A DNA stretch of 64,000 nucleotides. It comes from Candidatus Latescibacterota bacterium. Lineage in GTDB: Bacteria > Latescibacterota > UBA2968. The position numbers were made by a program, and so were the translations under genes. Where the stretch lies: contig OZ240241.1 of assembly GCA_965198115.1 (NCBI GenBank), forward strand, positions 4,736,001-4,800,000, given 5' to 3'. The notes under the pieces are model-generated. The model ran no database searches. It was not told where the DNA came from and saw only the letters and a list, made by a program, of their open reading frames with translations. Shown here in pieces: positions 31,301-41,637 of the stretch (position 1 is its first letter; each line of letters opens with the position of its first letter).

Positions 31301-31463
31301 CACCGTCGGGTTCACCGACTTCCTCGTTTTCGCGAGTGCCTTCGGATCAGCAATCGGAGAGGATCGCTTCGTGCCCCTACTCGATTTAAGTGGAGATGGT
31401 CGGATCGATTTTTCCGACTTCCTGCAGTTCGCGATGCTGTTCGGAACGGCCTACACCGGGTAG
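25393..31463 (+). CDS. Giant secreted Ig-like/fibronectin type III repeat protein (~2000 aa) with C-terminal dockerin/EF-hand-like duplicate, frameshift near 27005
   Basis: Signal peptide; NEDT/VNDAP Ig-like units, poly-Pro linker, about ten units of D..PP....P...W.TDE...H...L..L.P.T.Y; tail GDIDGDLTVGFTDF...DLSGDGRIDFSDF; ATGA overlap with upstream gene. Confidence 0.85.
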
Positions 31464-31731
31464 TGTGGCGTGGCCGTAGCCCCCGAGATGGGCCCGAGGT
31501 CAAAGCTTGCTATCGGATGTCATTCAGGATGGACCTGAGAAGCTGAGCGGGGGAGGAGAGAGCGGGAGAATGCGAAAGGCGTTACTACTGAAGATGATCG
31601 AAATTTCTTTTATATCTCCTGAGCGATGGTCTCAACCGGTTCTCATCGACGTTGCGTATGGTGGACGTAGAGCACCAGCAGATCACTTCCCCGAATAGGG
31701 CCACGATCGTCAGGCTTCCACACATTCGTGT

Positions 31732-32463
31732 TCATTTGTGGTTCCCTGCCTTCAGGTCTTCCAGCTTGTTCGCTTCGTTCGTCAACACCACATCGATGCC
31801 CATCTCGACGTAGGCTCGCGCGTCTTCCAACTCGTCCGACCAGAACAGATTGTTGATCAGACCCTCTTCGTGCGCGTGGGCAGCCCCCTCTGCTGTCACC
31901 TTCCGCGAGAACTGAAGCCGGGAACACGCATACTTCAGCGAACGATCGATCTGTTCGTCCGGTGTGCTTTGAGCACACAGACAGCAGCGTGTCACATCGG
32001 GCGCATAATCGAGCGCTACCTCGAGCACATCCTCCACACCGGCGATGTAGGCCACGTCGATCAAACCGCGAGAGCGAATCTCATCACACACGTATTTGAC
32101 GAGTCTGCCGTCCGGTCCCGGGTCTTTAATGTGGATGTTGTGCCCCGCCCGATCGCTCACCGCATTCAGCACATCCTCGAATCGGGGAACGCGAACACCC
32201 GACCATAGTTCGCCCGTCTTCACACCTGCATCCAGAGCCCGGATCTCGTTCCACGTCATCTCGGTGACATGGCCCTCTCCGTTCGTCGTCCGATCGACCT
32301 TCGGATCATGACACACCACGGCAACACCGTCCGCACTCAGCCACAGATCATACTCCACCTCGCCCACCCCGAGCGCCAACGCCGCCCCGAACGCAGGCAA
32401 CGTATTCTCGGGGCACGCGTGACTCAACCCCCTGTGCGCGCAAATCTCGACCCCATTTTTCAT
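31732..32463 (-). CDS. Glycerophosphodiester phosphodiesterase family protein
   Basis: AHRG, PENT, EYDLWLSADG, HD..VDRTT. Confidence 0.9.
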   Translation of the reverse strand: MKNGVEICAHRGLSHACPENTLPAFGAALALGVGEVEYDLWLSADGVAVVCHDPKVDRTTNGEGHVTEMTWNEIRALDAGVKTGELWSGVRVPRFEDVLNAVSDRAGHNIHIKDPGPDGRLVKYVCDEIRSRGLIDVAYIAGVEDVLEVALDYAPDVTRCCLCAQSTPDEQIDRSLKYACSRLQFSRKVTAEGAAHAHEEGLINNLFWSDELEDARAYVEMGIDVVLTNEANKLEDLKAGNHK

Positions 32464-32478
32464 TATGCACTCTACCTC

Positions 32479-32850
32479 CTAACTTTCGTCAACAGCGTGT
32501 GTCTGCAAGTCCTCCAGGTTGGCGAATTCCAATGCTGAAACGTGTGTCGCTTCCAACACGACCGGCGGCGCCATCCCTTCTTCCAGCGCCTCGGTCCAAC
32601 GCGTCACACACAGGCACCAGCGATCGCCCGGTTTCAGACCCGGAAAGTGAAATTCGGGCACCGGTGTTGACAGATCGTTCCCCCGGCTCTTGCTAAACTC
32701 GAGAAAATCGGCCGTCATCTCCGCGCACAGAATGTGCAACCCCTGATCCTCACCCCCTGTTCGACAACACCCATCCCTGTAGAAACCCGTCATTGGATCC
32801 GTACTGCAACCCTGCAGCTCACCACCCAGTATGTTCCGTCCAAGACTCAC
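32479..32850 (-). CDS. DUF2237 family protein
   Basis: TGFYRDGCC, GNDLSTP, FPGLKPGDRWCLC; GTG start. Confidence 0.9.
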   Translation of the reverse strand: MSLGRNILGGELQGCSTDPMTGFYRDGCCRTGGEDQGLHILCAEMTADFLEFSKSRGNDLSTPVPEFHFPGLKPGDRWCLCVTRWTEALEEGMAPPVVLEATHVSALEFANLEDLQTHAVDES

Positions 32851-33251
32851 GATCGATCCCCCTATGAACCCCGATAGTCACACTCCGAAGCATCCACAGA
32901 CCAGGACTCAGGTCGGCCAGGAAGATAATCCAGGAGAGGCCGTCCTGAAACGGCAATGAGCACCAGTCAGGTCATCGCGCCCACCACCGACTGCCTCCCG
33001 ATTCGAAAACGATCCTCCAGAACTGACTCCGACGGAATGAATTGTAACTTTGCGGATTCAGAACGAATTTCTTGTCCTAACACCTTTCAAAACCTTATAT
33101 TACACCGATCAATGAAGGACGCGCACCGTCCAAACATTCTGCCGGTGCGCTTTTTTTTCCTGCATCGCGAAAGGATTAGATCCTGGCCTCACAGAGCCAA
33201 GACATCGAACTCACGGTTCCACCCTATGACCTGAGCAAGCTGGCGTTCGTC

Positions 33252-34067
33252 GTGGGAACCCACATCGCAGCTGTGATAGGCCTCGTGCTGTGGGTCGCAG
33301 GCGTTCTAACCGTGTCGGCAGCCACCCTCTGGCTGGCGCTCGGGGTTTTCATCTTCAGCTCTACCGCCATAACGGCGGGCTATCATCGACTTTACTCGCA
33401 TCGAACCTACCAGGCGGCCTGGATCCTGCGTTTCTACTATCTGATCGGGGGCGCAATGGCCCTTCAGGGATCTGCACTCCAGTGGGCGGCCCAGCACCGC
33501 GATCATCACACCTTTTGCGACGGGGCGAAGGATCCGTACAACATCAATCTGGGTTTCTGGCACGCCCACCTCGGATGGGTCATTCGCCAGACCGACCCCG
33601 ACTACGGCCGCGTTAAAGACCTGTCTTCCGAACGCATTAACCGATGGCAGCACAACTACTACGGTACCGTGGCCGTTGTCACTAGCTTCCTCTGTCCGGC
33701 GGCCATTGGCGCGCTCTGCGGAGAATTTTGGAGCGCCTTTCTCGTGGCGGGTGCCGTTCGTCTCGTCGTCCAGTGGCACATGACGTTCTGCGTGAACTCT
33801 GTCGCTCACTATTGGGGAAGCCAGAAATACTCGCAGCACCACACGGCACGCGGCAGCTGGTGGTTGGCCTTTCTCGTCTGGGGCGAAATGGACCATAACT
33901 ACCATCACACGTTCCCCAACGATTTTCGGACCGGCACTCGCTGGTATGATTTCGACCCGGGAAAGTGGTTCATCTCGGCCGCATCGACCGTCGGACTGGC
34001 GCGAGATCTCAAGAAGGCCGACCAGGGACGAATCGAGCGGGTCACGTCGACACAGATAGACGACTAA
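33252..34067 (+). CDS. Acyl-CoA/acyl-lipid delta-9 fatty acid desaturase
   Basis: His boxes HRLYSH, HRDHH, HNYHH, also NSVAH; frame is open upstream to about 33180 so true start may be CTG 33183. Confidence 0.9.
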   Translation: MGTHIAAVIGLVLWVAGVLTVSAATLWLALGVFIFSSTAITAGYHRLYSHRTYQAAWILRFYYLIGGAMALQGSALQWAAQHRDHHTFCDGAKDPYNINLGFWHAHLGWVIRQTDPDYGRVKDLSSERINRWQHNYYGTVAVVTSFLCPAAIGALCGEFWSAFLVAGAVRLVVQWHMTFCVNSVAHYWGSQKYSQHHTARGSWWLAFLVWGEMDHNYHHTFPNDFRTGTRWYDFDPGKWFISAASTVGLARDLKKADQGRIERVTSTQIDD

Positions 34068-34134
34068 TCGCCACGAGAATCAGCACCCGGGAGACCCGGC
34101 GCATCCTACGATGGGGCGCGGGGTTTTTGTGTTT

Positions 34135-34824
34135 ATGACCCTCTTCGAAGAACTCGACCACGCGCAGACCGACCTGGGTGAGCTCATCCTGCGGCGACGC
34201 GTGACGACCCAGGGCATCGAGGTGTTCGAAGTCAAACCCGATGGCACATTCCTGATGTCCAGCCTCATCAACGACTCGGAAATCGCGCTCGCAGAAATCG
34301 GACTGGACAAAGTCGAAGGCACGGAACTCCGCATCGCGATTGGAGAACTCGGATTGGGACACACGGCCGCGGCCTCCCTCGATCACCCTGGTGTAGAATC
34401 CGTCGTCGTCGTCGAGGTTCTGTCAGAAGTCATCGCCTGGCACACCAAAGAGTTTGTGCCCCTCGCCCCAAGATTGACGGGAGACCCGCGCTGCACCCTG
34501 GTCAACGCGGACTTCTACGATTGGCTGTCTGAATCCAACGATCGGTTCCACGCGATCCTCGTCGACATCGATCACTCACCCGATAACCTGCTGTCGGACG
34601 CTCACCGGTCTTTCTACGAACCGGATGGACTCGATCGGGTCCGAGAAAAACTCCATCCGGGTGGTGTCTTCGCGCTCTGGTCGGGCGATCTGCCCAGCGA
34701 GAGTTTCATCGCGAAGCTCGAGTCGACGTTTGCCGCCGTAAGTGATCATCCTGTCAACTTCCGTAATCCGCTGCTCGACATCGACGACACGAACACCATC
34801 TACATCGCGCAGTCGGAATCCTGA
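34135..34824 (+). CDS. Spermidine synthase-like SAM-dependent methyltransferase fold protein
   Basis: GELILRRR, FLMSS, SEIALA, LGLGHT, ILVDIDHSP. Confidence 0.8.
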   Translation: MTLFEELDHAQTDLGELILRRRVTTQGIEVFEVKPDGTFLMSSLINDSEIALAEIGLDKVEGTELRIAIGELGLGHTAAASLDHPGVESVVVVEVLSEVIAWHTKEFVPLAPRLTGDPRCTLVNADFYDWLSESNDRFHAILVDIDHSPDNLLSDAHRSFYEPDGLDRVREKLHPGGVFALWSGDLPSESFIAKLESTFAAVSDHPVNFRNPLLDIDDTNTIYIAQSES

Positions 34825-34975
34825 ACCATCTCGTTTCTTCTCACACAGCCTCACCCCATCAGCCCACCGCTTCACCCCAGCGATCTCGAACGGAGATGGC
34901 ATCCGCCCCTCCATTTTCCCTTTTGCATTCTGAATTTTGCCTTTCCTTCTAGTACCCCGTTCAAAGGAGGAACCG

Positions 34976-36619
34976 ATGGGCAACAAGATCACCGTTCTCA
35001 ACCCGATGGCCTACCCACCCAAGATCAAGCAGCTTGGGATGGCCGATCGTCCCGATTCGTTGAAGGACCGCACGGTCTACCTCGTCGACTGCCGATTCGA
35101 CGACGGCGACATTCTGATGCGCCAGATGGCGGAATGGTTCGTCGAGAGCGAGCCCGGCGTCAACGTCGAAGTACGTCGGAAATCGGACGTCTACACCCGG
35201 CGCGATGATGCACTCTACGAGGAAATAAGAGAGAAGGGAGACGCCGCCGTCATCGGCGTGGGCCACTGAAGCACGTGCGCCCCGGCGGTCGCCGACCAGT
35301 GCATCACGATGGAAGTCGAATACGGAGTGCCCACCGCATCCGTACAAACAGACATCTTCGAGCCTCTCGCTCGGGCCCAGGCCCACGCTCGGGGAATGCC
35401 CAGGCAGCGGTTCGTCTTCGTTCCGCAGCCGGTGATGGGCAAGTCACCCGCGGAATTGCGCGCCTACGTCGACGGACCAGACCCCGTCACGGGGCGGCCG
35501 TTCATGACCGAAGTGTTCGAAGCCCTCACGCGTCCTTTGAGTGACGAAGAAACGGAAGTCCGCAGTTTCGATCGCTCCACACCCCGACTCTGCGAGCCGG
35601 ACTCTGAAGAGAGCCTGCACGAGCTCTTCCTCTTGGAAAACTGGACGGACAAGCTCCCCATCGTCCTGCCCACCGAAGAACGTGTCGAGGCGATGCTCAG
35701 CGGCACGAGTCACAGTCCCGACGAAGTCGTGGGCCAGATGAGACCCACAGGCCCCCGCGAAGCCTGGGAGTACACGGTCGAAAAGGTTGCCGTCAACGCC
35801 GTGATGGCTGGCGCCAAACCCGAATACTTCCCCGTCATCCTCGCACTCGCATCGACCGAAGTCACGGCGCGCGCGAGCACCACGAGTTCCGCCGCAGCGA
35901 TGGCCGTCGTCAACGGACCCGTCCGCGAAGAAATCGACATGAACTGGGGCGTCGGCGCGATGGGGCCCTACAACCACGCCAACGCCACGATCGGACGAGC
36001 CTATGCGCTTCTGTCGCAGAACGGCCAGGGCGGCTCGCTCCCCCTGCACACTTACCTCGGCTCACAGGGCAACAACTACGCCTACAACAGCATCTGCTAC
36101 GCGGAGAACGAGGAACGCAGCCCGTGGGACCCGTTACACGTGCAGCACGGATTCCAGAAAGGTGATAGCGCCGTCAGCGCTTTCTCCGGCTGCCGATCCA
36201 CGGCCTTCACCCTGGGAGTCCGCGAAAAGTACTGGGAGACTCACATCGTCCAGATGCTCAGGGGAATGGACCCGCACGAGAACCCGACGTTCGTCCTCGA
36301 CCCGATCACGGCCAACCAGTTCGTCGATCGTGGCGGATTCGACACAGTCGACAAGCTCATCGATTGGATCCACGAAAACGGAACGATGCAGGCCGACGTC
36401 TACTGGGATTACCAATTGATCGAGAACTATGTCGAGCCACGTGCCCTCGTCGGCGTCGAACCGTATGCCACGATGCACAAAGCCAAAGACGACGAAATGA
36501 TCCGCATCTGGCCAAAGGAGCAGATCAACGTGGTCGTCACCGGTGGCGAGACCAACGGCTACTGGCGCATCTTCGGCGCCAACTATGGAAAGACTGCCTC
36601 CGTCGACGAATGGCGATAG
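34976..36619 (+). CDS. UGSC-type selenoprotein (thioredoxin-like UxxC; Sec at TGA 35267-35269), 547 aa
   Basis: AGGAGG RBS; ORF 34937..35269 and ORF 35309..36619 share a frame and join as GVGH-U-STC-APAV; downstream LPIVLPTEERV, EKVAVNAVMAG, ANATIGRA, ENEE.SPW. Confidence 0.85.
35267..35306 (+). promoter_or_regulatory. Putative bacterial SECIS element
   Basis: Apical CGGC-GGTC-GCCG hairpin with loop starting 18 nt after UGA; lower stem TGAAGCAC/GTGCATCA. Confidence 0.7.
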
Positions 36620-36807
36620 TCAACAGACACTGAACGGAAGTAAAGAGGGCCGCAGCGAGTGATCATGCTGTGGCCCTCTTTCTTTCTATCCAGGTACGAG
36701 CTTGAATCTTCCGCATTCAAACGGCATCCCCGTCCAGTTAAGGCTTCCAGGTCATCTGTGTTTTCGTGTGTTTCGTGTATTTCGTGGTAGGCATTTGATT
36801 TTTGCAT

Positions 36808-37686
36808 TTACACTTCAGACCTTCCCTGATACCCGCTCTCTCGGTAGATCTCCTCGAAATCCTCCGTCTCGATCATTGCGTTCACCGCCTCCGTCCCTCG
36901 ACCTCTGGCCACGTAGGCCCTGCAGATCTGGCACCCGACAAAGGCCCCGAGACGAGGCGGCCACCCATCGGTTCGGGTCGCACCCCCCAGCCACGAATCG
37001 AGATCGCCTTCCCTCATCCCTTCTCTGAAAGCTTGCCACACCTCGGATTCACGGGCACGGCCAAAGAGGTGCGGCACGCTGTCGTCCCGTCTTCGTGTGA
37101 CGAGCTCGGCCGTCAGAACGGCAACACCCTCCCGAACCGCCCCCACCAGTAGCGAATCCTCGCTCCCGAAACCGGCGCGCTGCTGCACGTGAACCAACTC
37201 GTGGATGACCGCGTCGGGCAACGCGGCCAATGGTCTGAGCGCCCACAGCTCGGCGCGATCGAGTTCATCCGACACTGTGGACTCCGTGCGTCCGAACAAC
37301 TCGGCACCAATTAGAATCCCACTCTCCGCTCTCTCCGAGTGACACGACAGAGTCCCGATCACGCAGGTGACGTTCGGAATCGAGACGGGCGGATACAGCC
37401 TTCTGAACCGACGATAAAAGTGACGAATCTCACCCTCGAACTCGCGAATCCGATGCATCGAGAATCGAATCGATCGATAAAAGGCATCGCGGTCCTTCAC
37501 CGTACGGGTGAATGCCTCTGGGTCTTTCAGATACTGTGAAGCGAAATCTCGGAATCCCCGCGAGCCCCGGCTCAGATACAAATCTTCGTAGATCCGAACC
37601 TGATCGCGCTCGCGCATCCCTTCGGCCGCATCGAAAGCACGCCAGAAATTGTCCACATCGTTGGTAATGAAATCGGGCATGGTCAC
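36808..37686 (-). CDS. Putative Zn-dependent protease (DUF2268-like)
   Basis: HELVH zincin motif followed by EG; DVDNFWRAFD N-terminus. Confidence 0.7.
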   Translation of the reverse strand: MTMPDFITNDVDNFWRAFDAAEGMRERDQVRIYEDLYLSRGSRGFRDFASQYLKDPEAFTRTVKDRDAFYRSIRFSMHRIREFEGEIRHFYRRFRRLYPPVSIPNVTCVIGTLSCHSERAESGILIGAELFGRTESTVSDELDRAELWALRPLAALPDAVIHELVHVQQRAGFGSEDSLLVGAVREGVAVLTAELVTRRRDDSVPHLFGRARESEVWQAFREGMREGDLDSWLGGATRTDGWPPRLGAFVGCQICRAYVARGRGTEAVNAMIETEDFEEIYRESGYQGRSEV

Positions 37687-37962
37687 AGTTGGAACACAAG
37701 ATCGTGGCCCGTTATCCGTTGGCCGTTTGCCGGTCGTACATCTCTGACATCAGATATCCTGTATCGGATCTCGGATATGCGCCCTGCTTACCTACTAGGG
37801 CAGGAAGCCGTCGAGGCTGTCATCTGCCGTCTGTCCACTGTCATCTGCTCTAGGGGTGAAGCCCTCTTTCTCGTTCACCGTCACTGTCCACCGTCCACCA
37901 AAGCTTTCCCCCGATAATCCTCCGATGTATCTTCTCCCTCATCAGTCAAGGAAGGAGTCTGA

Positions 37963-39081
37963 ATGTCGAACCGAATCATCAAAGTCGCCATCGGCGGCCA
38001 GGGTCGAAGCGGCTACAAGATTCACGCAAACCGGGTGTCGAAGGATACCAAACGATATGACCTCGTCGCCATCGCCGACCAGCTTCCGGAACGGCGGGAG
38101 GATGCGGAGGTCGAGTTCACGGCACGCGTCTACGATGACTGGCGTCCCCTGCTCGAGGATGGCGGATTCGACCTGTTCGTCAACGCCCTCCCCTCTTCCC
38201 TTCACGTCGATGCGAGCATCGAAGCGCTGAACCGTGGATTCCACGTCATCTGCGAAAAACCGATGGCCCGAACCGTCGCCGACTTCGACCGAATCGTCGA
38301 TGCGGCGGAGAAAAACGATCGCAGGATTTTCCCGTTCCTGAACAATCGCCTGCAGCCGTTTTTCGACAAAATTCAGGAGGTTCTCGCGAGCGGTGTCCTC
38401 GGCGAAATTGTCCACATCCGAGCCGCGTTCAGCGGCTACCGTCGTCGATGGGACTGGCAGACACGGCAGGACCTGTGGGGCGGCAGCCTGCTGAACACGG
38501 GTCCTCACGTGGTCGATCAGGCACTCTGTCTCTTCGGCTGGGACCGCACACCCGAAGTCTTTTGCCGCATGGACTGTCGCAACCCGTTCGAGGGCGATGC
38601 GGAGAACCACGTCACGCTCACGCTCTGGGACACTGATCGCAAAGCGCCGCAGATCGACATCGACATCAGTTCCCTCGTCACCTACGGAGAGCCTTACTCC
38701 TACAACATCAGCGGAACGTGCGGGGGGCTTATCGGCGGCGCGAGGGAACTGAACTGGAAATACTTCGACCCCGACACGGCCACCAGGCACGACATGTGGC
38801 TCTGGTCGGTCGATCACCAATACAATCGCGAGGAACTCGACTACACCGAAGAATCCTGGACCCTCGATGAAGCCCAGACCGAAGGGTCGGTCGGCTACAC
38901 GCTCGAATCGATGCAGAGCGGCCCCGAGCGGATCTACAACAACATTTACGACGTCCTCAACAACGGCACGGAACTCCTCATCCGCCCCGAGCAGACTCGT
39001 AAACAGATCGCAGTCCTGGAAGAAGCCCATCGCCAGAATCCACTTCCCCGGAAGCCCCAGAGCCTCGACTTCAAACTGTAG
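37963..39081 (+). CDS. Gfo/Idh/MocA family oxidoreductase
   Basis: GQGRSG, ICEKPM, GGSLLNTGPHVVD. Confidence 0.9.
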   Translation: MSNRIIKVAIGGQGRSGYKIHANRVSKDTKRYDLVAIADQLPERREDAEVEFTARVYDDWRPLLEDGGFDLFVNALPSSLHVDASIEALNRGFHVICEKPMARTVADFDRIVDAAEKNDRRIFPFLNNRLQPFFDKIQEVLASGVLGEIVHIRAAFSGYRRRWDWQTRQDLWGGSLLNTGPHVVDQALCLFGWDRTPEVFCRMDCRNPFEGDAENHVTLTLWDTDRKAPQIDIDISSLVTYGEPYSYNISGTCGGLIGGARELNWKYFDPDTATRHDMWLWSVDHQYNREELDYTEESWTLDEAQTEGSVGYTLESMQSGPERIYNNIYDVLNNGTELLIRPEQTRKQIAVLEEAHRQNPLPRKPQSLDFKL

Positions 39082-39303
39082 GCTGATGCTTTCCCGAACA
39101 ACTGAACACTGAACACCTCGTTTGCGAGAACAGGCGACCCTGCTTCCGGTCGTGCCGTCATCGAATTGCTCCATTCTACAGCGCACCCAGAGGGTGTTAT
39201 TCGCGCCTCTCCCTCCGTGTCCCGAGCGGAGTCGAGGGGTGTCCTCAGTGGTTCGTCTTGTTTTTCGCTTTGTACCCAGCTCTCCCATTCGCATCTTTAT
39301 TAC

Positions 39304-40320
39304 ATGAGACGGAACAGTACGGTTCTCCAGAATTTCAGAACAGCGGCGAACCGGCAGCAGCCACAGCTTGCGTGGGAAGCTCGATCCAGGCGTGAACACG
39401 CCACGTGGCGACGCAGATTCCGGGCAAAACTTCGGAAGCTCGTCGGTCGAACACCCGAGCGAGTCGACCTCGATGTACGGGAAACCGAGCGTGTCGATCT
39501 CGGCATCGTCGTCCGAAGAAAAATTTATGTCCGTTCCGAATCGGACTATTGGATCCCCGCTTACTACTTCGTCCCCAAGTTGATCTCCGAGCCATCCCCG
39601 GCTCTGATTTGTCTCCACGGCCACAGCGGCATTTTGCCTTACATTCGCGAGGGAGACGCCGCCCAACGCAAAAAGGGTCGGGATCTCGACCTCGACTACG
39701 CCGTCTACCTGGCAGAACACGGATACGTCACGATTGCGCCCATCCAGCGCGGGTGGAACGAGACGGCCCTCGCACAGGACCAGGCCCGTGGCACGCACAG
39801 CTGTCACCGGGTCACGATGGACGCGTTTCTTCTCGGCTCGACACCGGTCGGGCTCAGATGCTGGGATGCCTCTCGGCTCGTGGACTTCCTGGAAACGGAG
39901 GAACTGGTCGACGCCAAGCACATCGGCGTAGCGGGTCTGTCCGGCGGTGGCACCGTGGGACTTTTCTTCTCGGCCCTCGAAAATCGCGTCAAACTGGCCA
40001 TGATCGGCGGCTACTACTGCACGTTCAAAGATTCGATCTATTCGATTCACCATTGCATCTGCAACTGCGTGCCCGACATGATGTCGTGGGGTGACATGCG
40101 TGACATCGCCGCTCTGTTCGCCCCCAAACCCATGCTCGTCATCAGCGGAACGAAAGATCCGATTTTTCCCATCGCCGCGACACGACGAGCCTACCGCGAT
40201 CTCCAAGAGGTCTATGACCAGCTCGGAGCCGCAGGGGCGCTCGACAGAGATTTTTTCGACGGACCCCACGCGTGGAGTCACCGGAAAACCATTCCCTTCC
40301 TCAAGGAGCACTGGCCGTGA
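39304..40320 (+). CDS. Alpha/beta hydrolase (dienelactone hydrolase/acetyl xylan esterase-like)
   Basis: CLHGH, GLSGGG nucleophile elbow, GTKDPIFP, GPH. Confidence 0.85.
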   Translation: MRRNSTVLQNFRTAANRQQPQLAWEARSRREHATWRRRFRAKLRKLVGRTPERVDLDVRETERVDLGIVVRRKIYVRSESDYWIPAYYFVPKLISEPSPALICLHGHSGILPYIREGDAAQRKKGRDLDLDYAVYLAEHGYVTIAPIQRGWNETALAQDQARGTHSCHRVTMDAFLLGSTPVGLRCWDASRLVDFLETEELVDAKHIGVAGLSGGGTVGLFFSALENRVKLAMIGGYYCTFKDSIYSIHHCICNCVPDMMSWGDMRDIAALFAPKPMLVISGTKDPIFPIAATRRAYRDLQEVYDQLGAAGALDRDFFDGPHAWSHRKTIPFLKEHWP

Positions 40321-41249
40321 GTCAAACGCAGGTTCCCCGAAGGACGTGGGGAAAAACGGGACTGTCGATCCCCGTCATTCCTTTCGGATCGCAGGGCTTC
40401 GGAGACAATTTCGGCCCCGTGACCGACGTTGAAGCGTGCGAACTGATTCGTTACGCCGTCGATCGTGGCGTCGATCACTTCGACTGCGCGCGCTGCTACG
40501 GCAATTCACTCCGCAAGCTCGGACTCGCCATCAAACAGGGCGTCGTCAGCCGGGACGAAATCATCGTCAGCGGCCGAGTCTGCTGCCACAGTGGCGCGGA
40601 ATGGGGAGGCTACGGGGAAGGGCGTCCAGACTACTCGAAGACACGCGTGCTCGCCGACGTCGAAGACCAGCGCAGCATCCTCGGCATCGAGCGCTTCGAC
40701 GTCCTGTTCATCCAAGATCCAGCCGAAATCGAACCGACTCTCGAATCCGGCGGCACCCTCGAAGGCCTCGAGGAAGCGCGAAGCAGGGGATGGGTCGACT
40801 ACCTCGGCTACGGGATGCAGCCACACGATTTCCATCTGGCCGTTATCGAATCGGGTCGGACGGACGCCTTGCTCACCTTCAATGACTTCAACCTCCTGCG
40901 CCAGACCTCGACCGAGGACATCATCCCAGCCGCGGCCGCCAACCACCTCGGCGTGATCAACGGATGGTCCATCAAGCGAGGATGGCTCACGGGCAAGCCC
41001 GTCGAAAGCTTCGTCCCACGAGAGAAGTGGGGCGAGGATCACCATCGCGCCGAAGCAATGCGATCGTGGTGCGAAGAGCACGATGTAAGCCTCCTCGCGC
41101 TGGCCCTCCAGTTCTGTCTGCGCGACGAACGCGTTCACGGCAACCCGATCGGCAGTCTGAATCGCGAACAGCTCGGCGCCAACATCCAGGCGACCCTCAC
41201 ACAGATCGATGACAAAACACTCAACGCGTTCCTCGAGGCGGGGCTTTAG
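40317..41249 (+). CDS. Aldo/keto reductase
   Basis: RRTWGKTGL, FDCARCYG, ALQFCL; GTGA overlap with upstream stop. Confidence 0.8.
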   Translation: MSQTQVPRRTWGKTGLSIPVIPFGSQGFGDNFGPVTDVEACELIRYAVDRGVDHFDCARCYGNSLRKLGLAIKQGVVSRDEIIVSGRVCCHSGAEWGGYGEGRPDYSKTRVLADVEDQRSILGIERFDVLFIQDPAEIEPTLESGGTLEGLEEARSRGWVDYLGYGMQPHDFHLAVIESGRTDALLTFNDFNLLRQTSTEDIIPAAAANHLGVINGWSIKRGWLTGKPVESFVPREKWGEDHHRAEAMRSWCEEHDVSLLALALQFCLRDERVHGNPIGSLNREQLGANIQATLTQIDDKTLNAFLEAGL

Positions 41250-41254
41250 AAACT

Positions 41255-41623
41255 ATGCCTGAAGAAGAAGAGACCGAAGAGGGCATCGACCTGTCCAGCA
41301 TCTCGCTCGACCGCCGGGCGCAGACCGATCGACGCGGTGACGAACGTCGTCACGAGGCGAGACGATCGGACGAAGATCGGCGAAATGACGATCGCGAAAT
41401 CGACTTCGGCGAACGACGCCAGGGCGAACGCCGCGAGGCGGAACGACGTCAGGACGACCGACGTGTCGATTTCCGTCGTGAAGCAGCCGATCTGGAAGAG
41501 CTGCCCGAAATCGACTGGGAGTCCGAACAACTGCCTGTCGAATCGAAATCGCTGCGCGGATCGTTTCGCCTGATCATACTCCTACTCGCTGTAGCGGCTG
41601 TCATTGCCCTCGTGCTCTACTGA
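41255..41623 (+). CDS. Small membrane-anchored protein with tandem (D/E)RR repeats
   Basis: About ten xRR triplets followed by one C-terminal TM helix; packed within the operon. Confidence 0.65.
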   Translation: MPEEEETEEGIDLSSISLDRRAQTDRRGDERRHEARRSDEDRRNDDREIDFGERRQGERREAERRQDDRRVDFRREAADLEELPEIDWESEQLPVESKSLRGSFRLIILLLAVAAVIALVLY

Positions 41624-41637
41624 ACGGAGGGGAACGC

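Noticed and set aside
37942-40311. 789-aa minus-strand ORF
   Set aside because: Antisense shadow of two well-supported plus-strand genes; no recognisable motifs.
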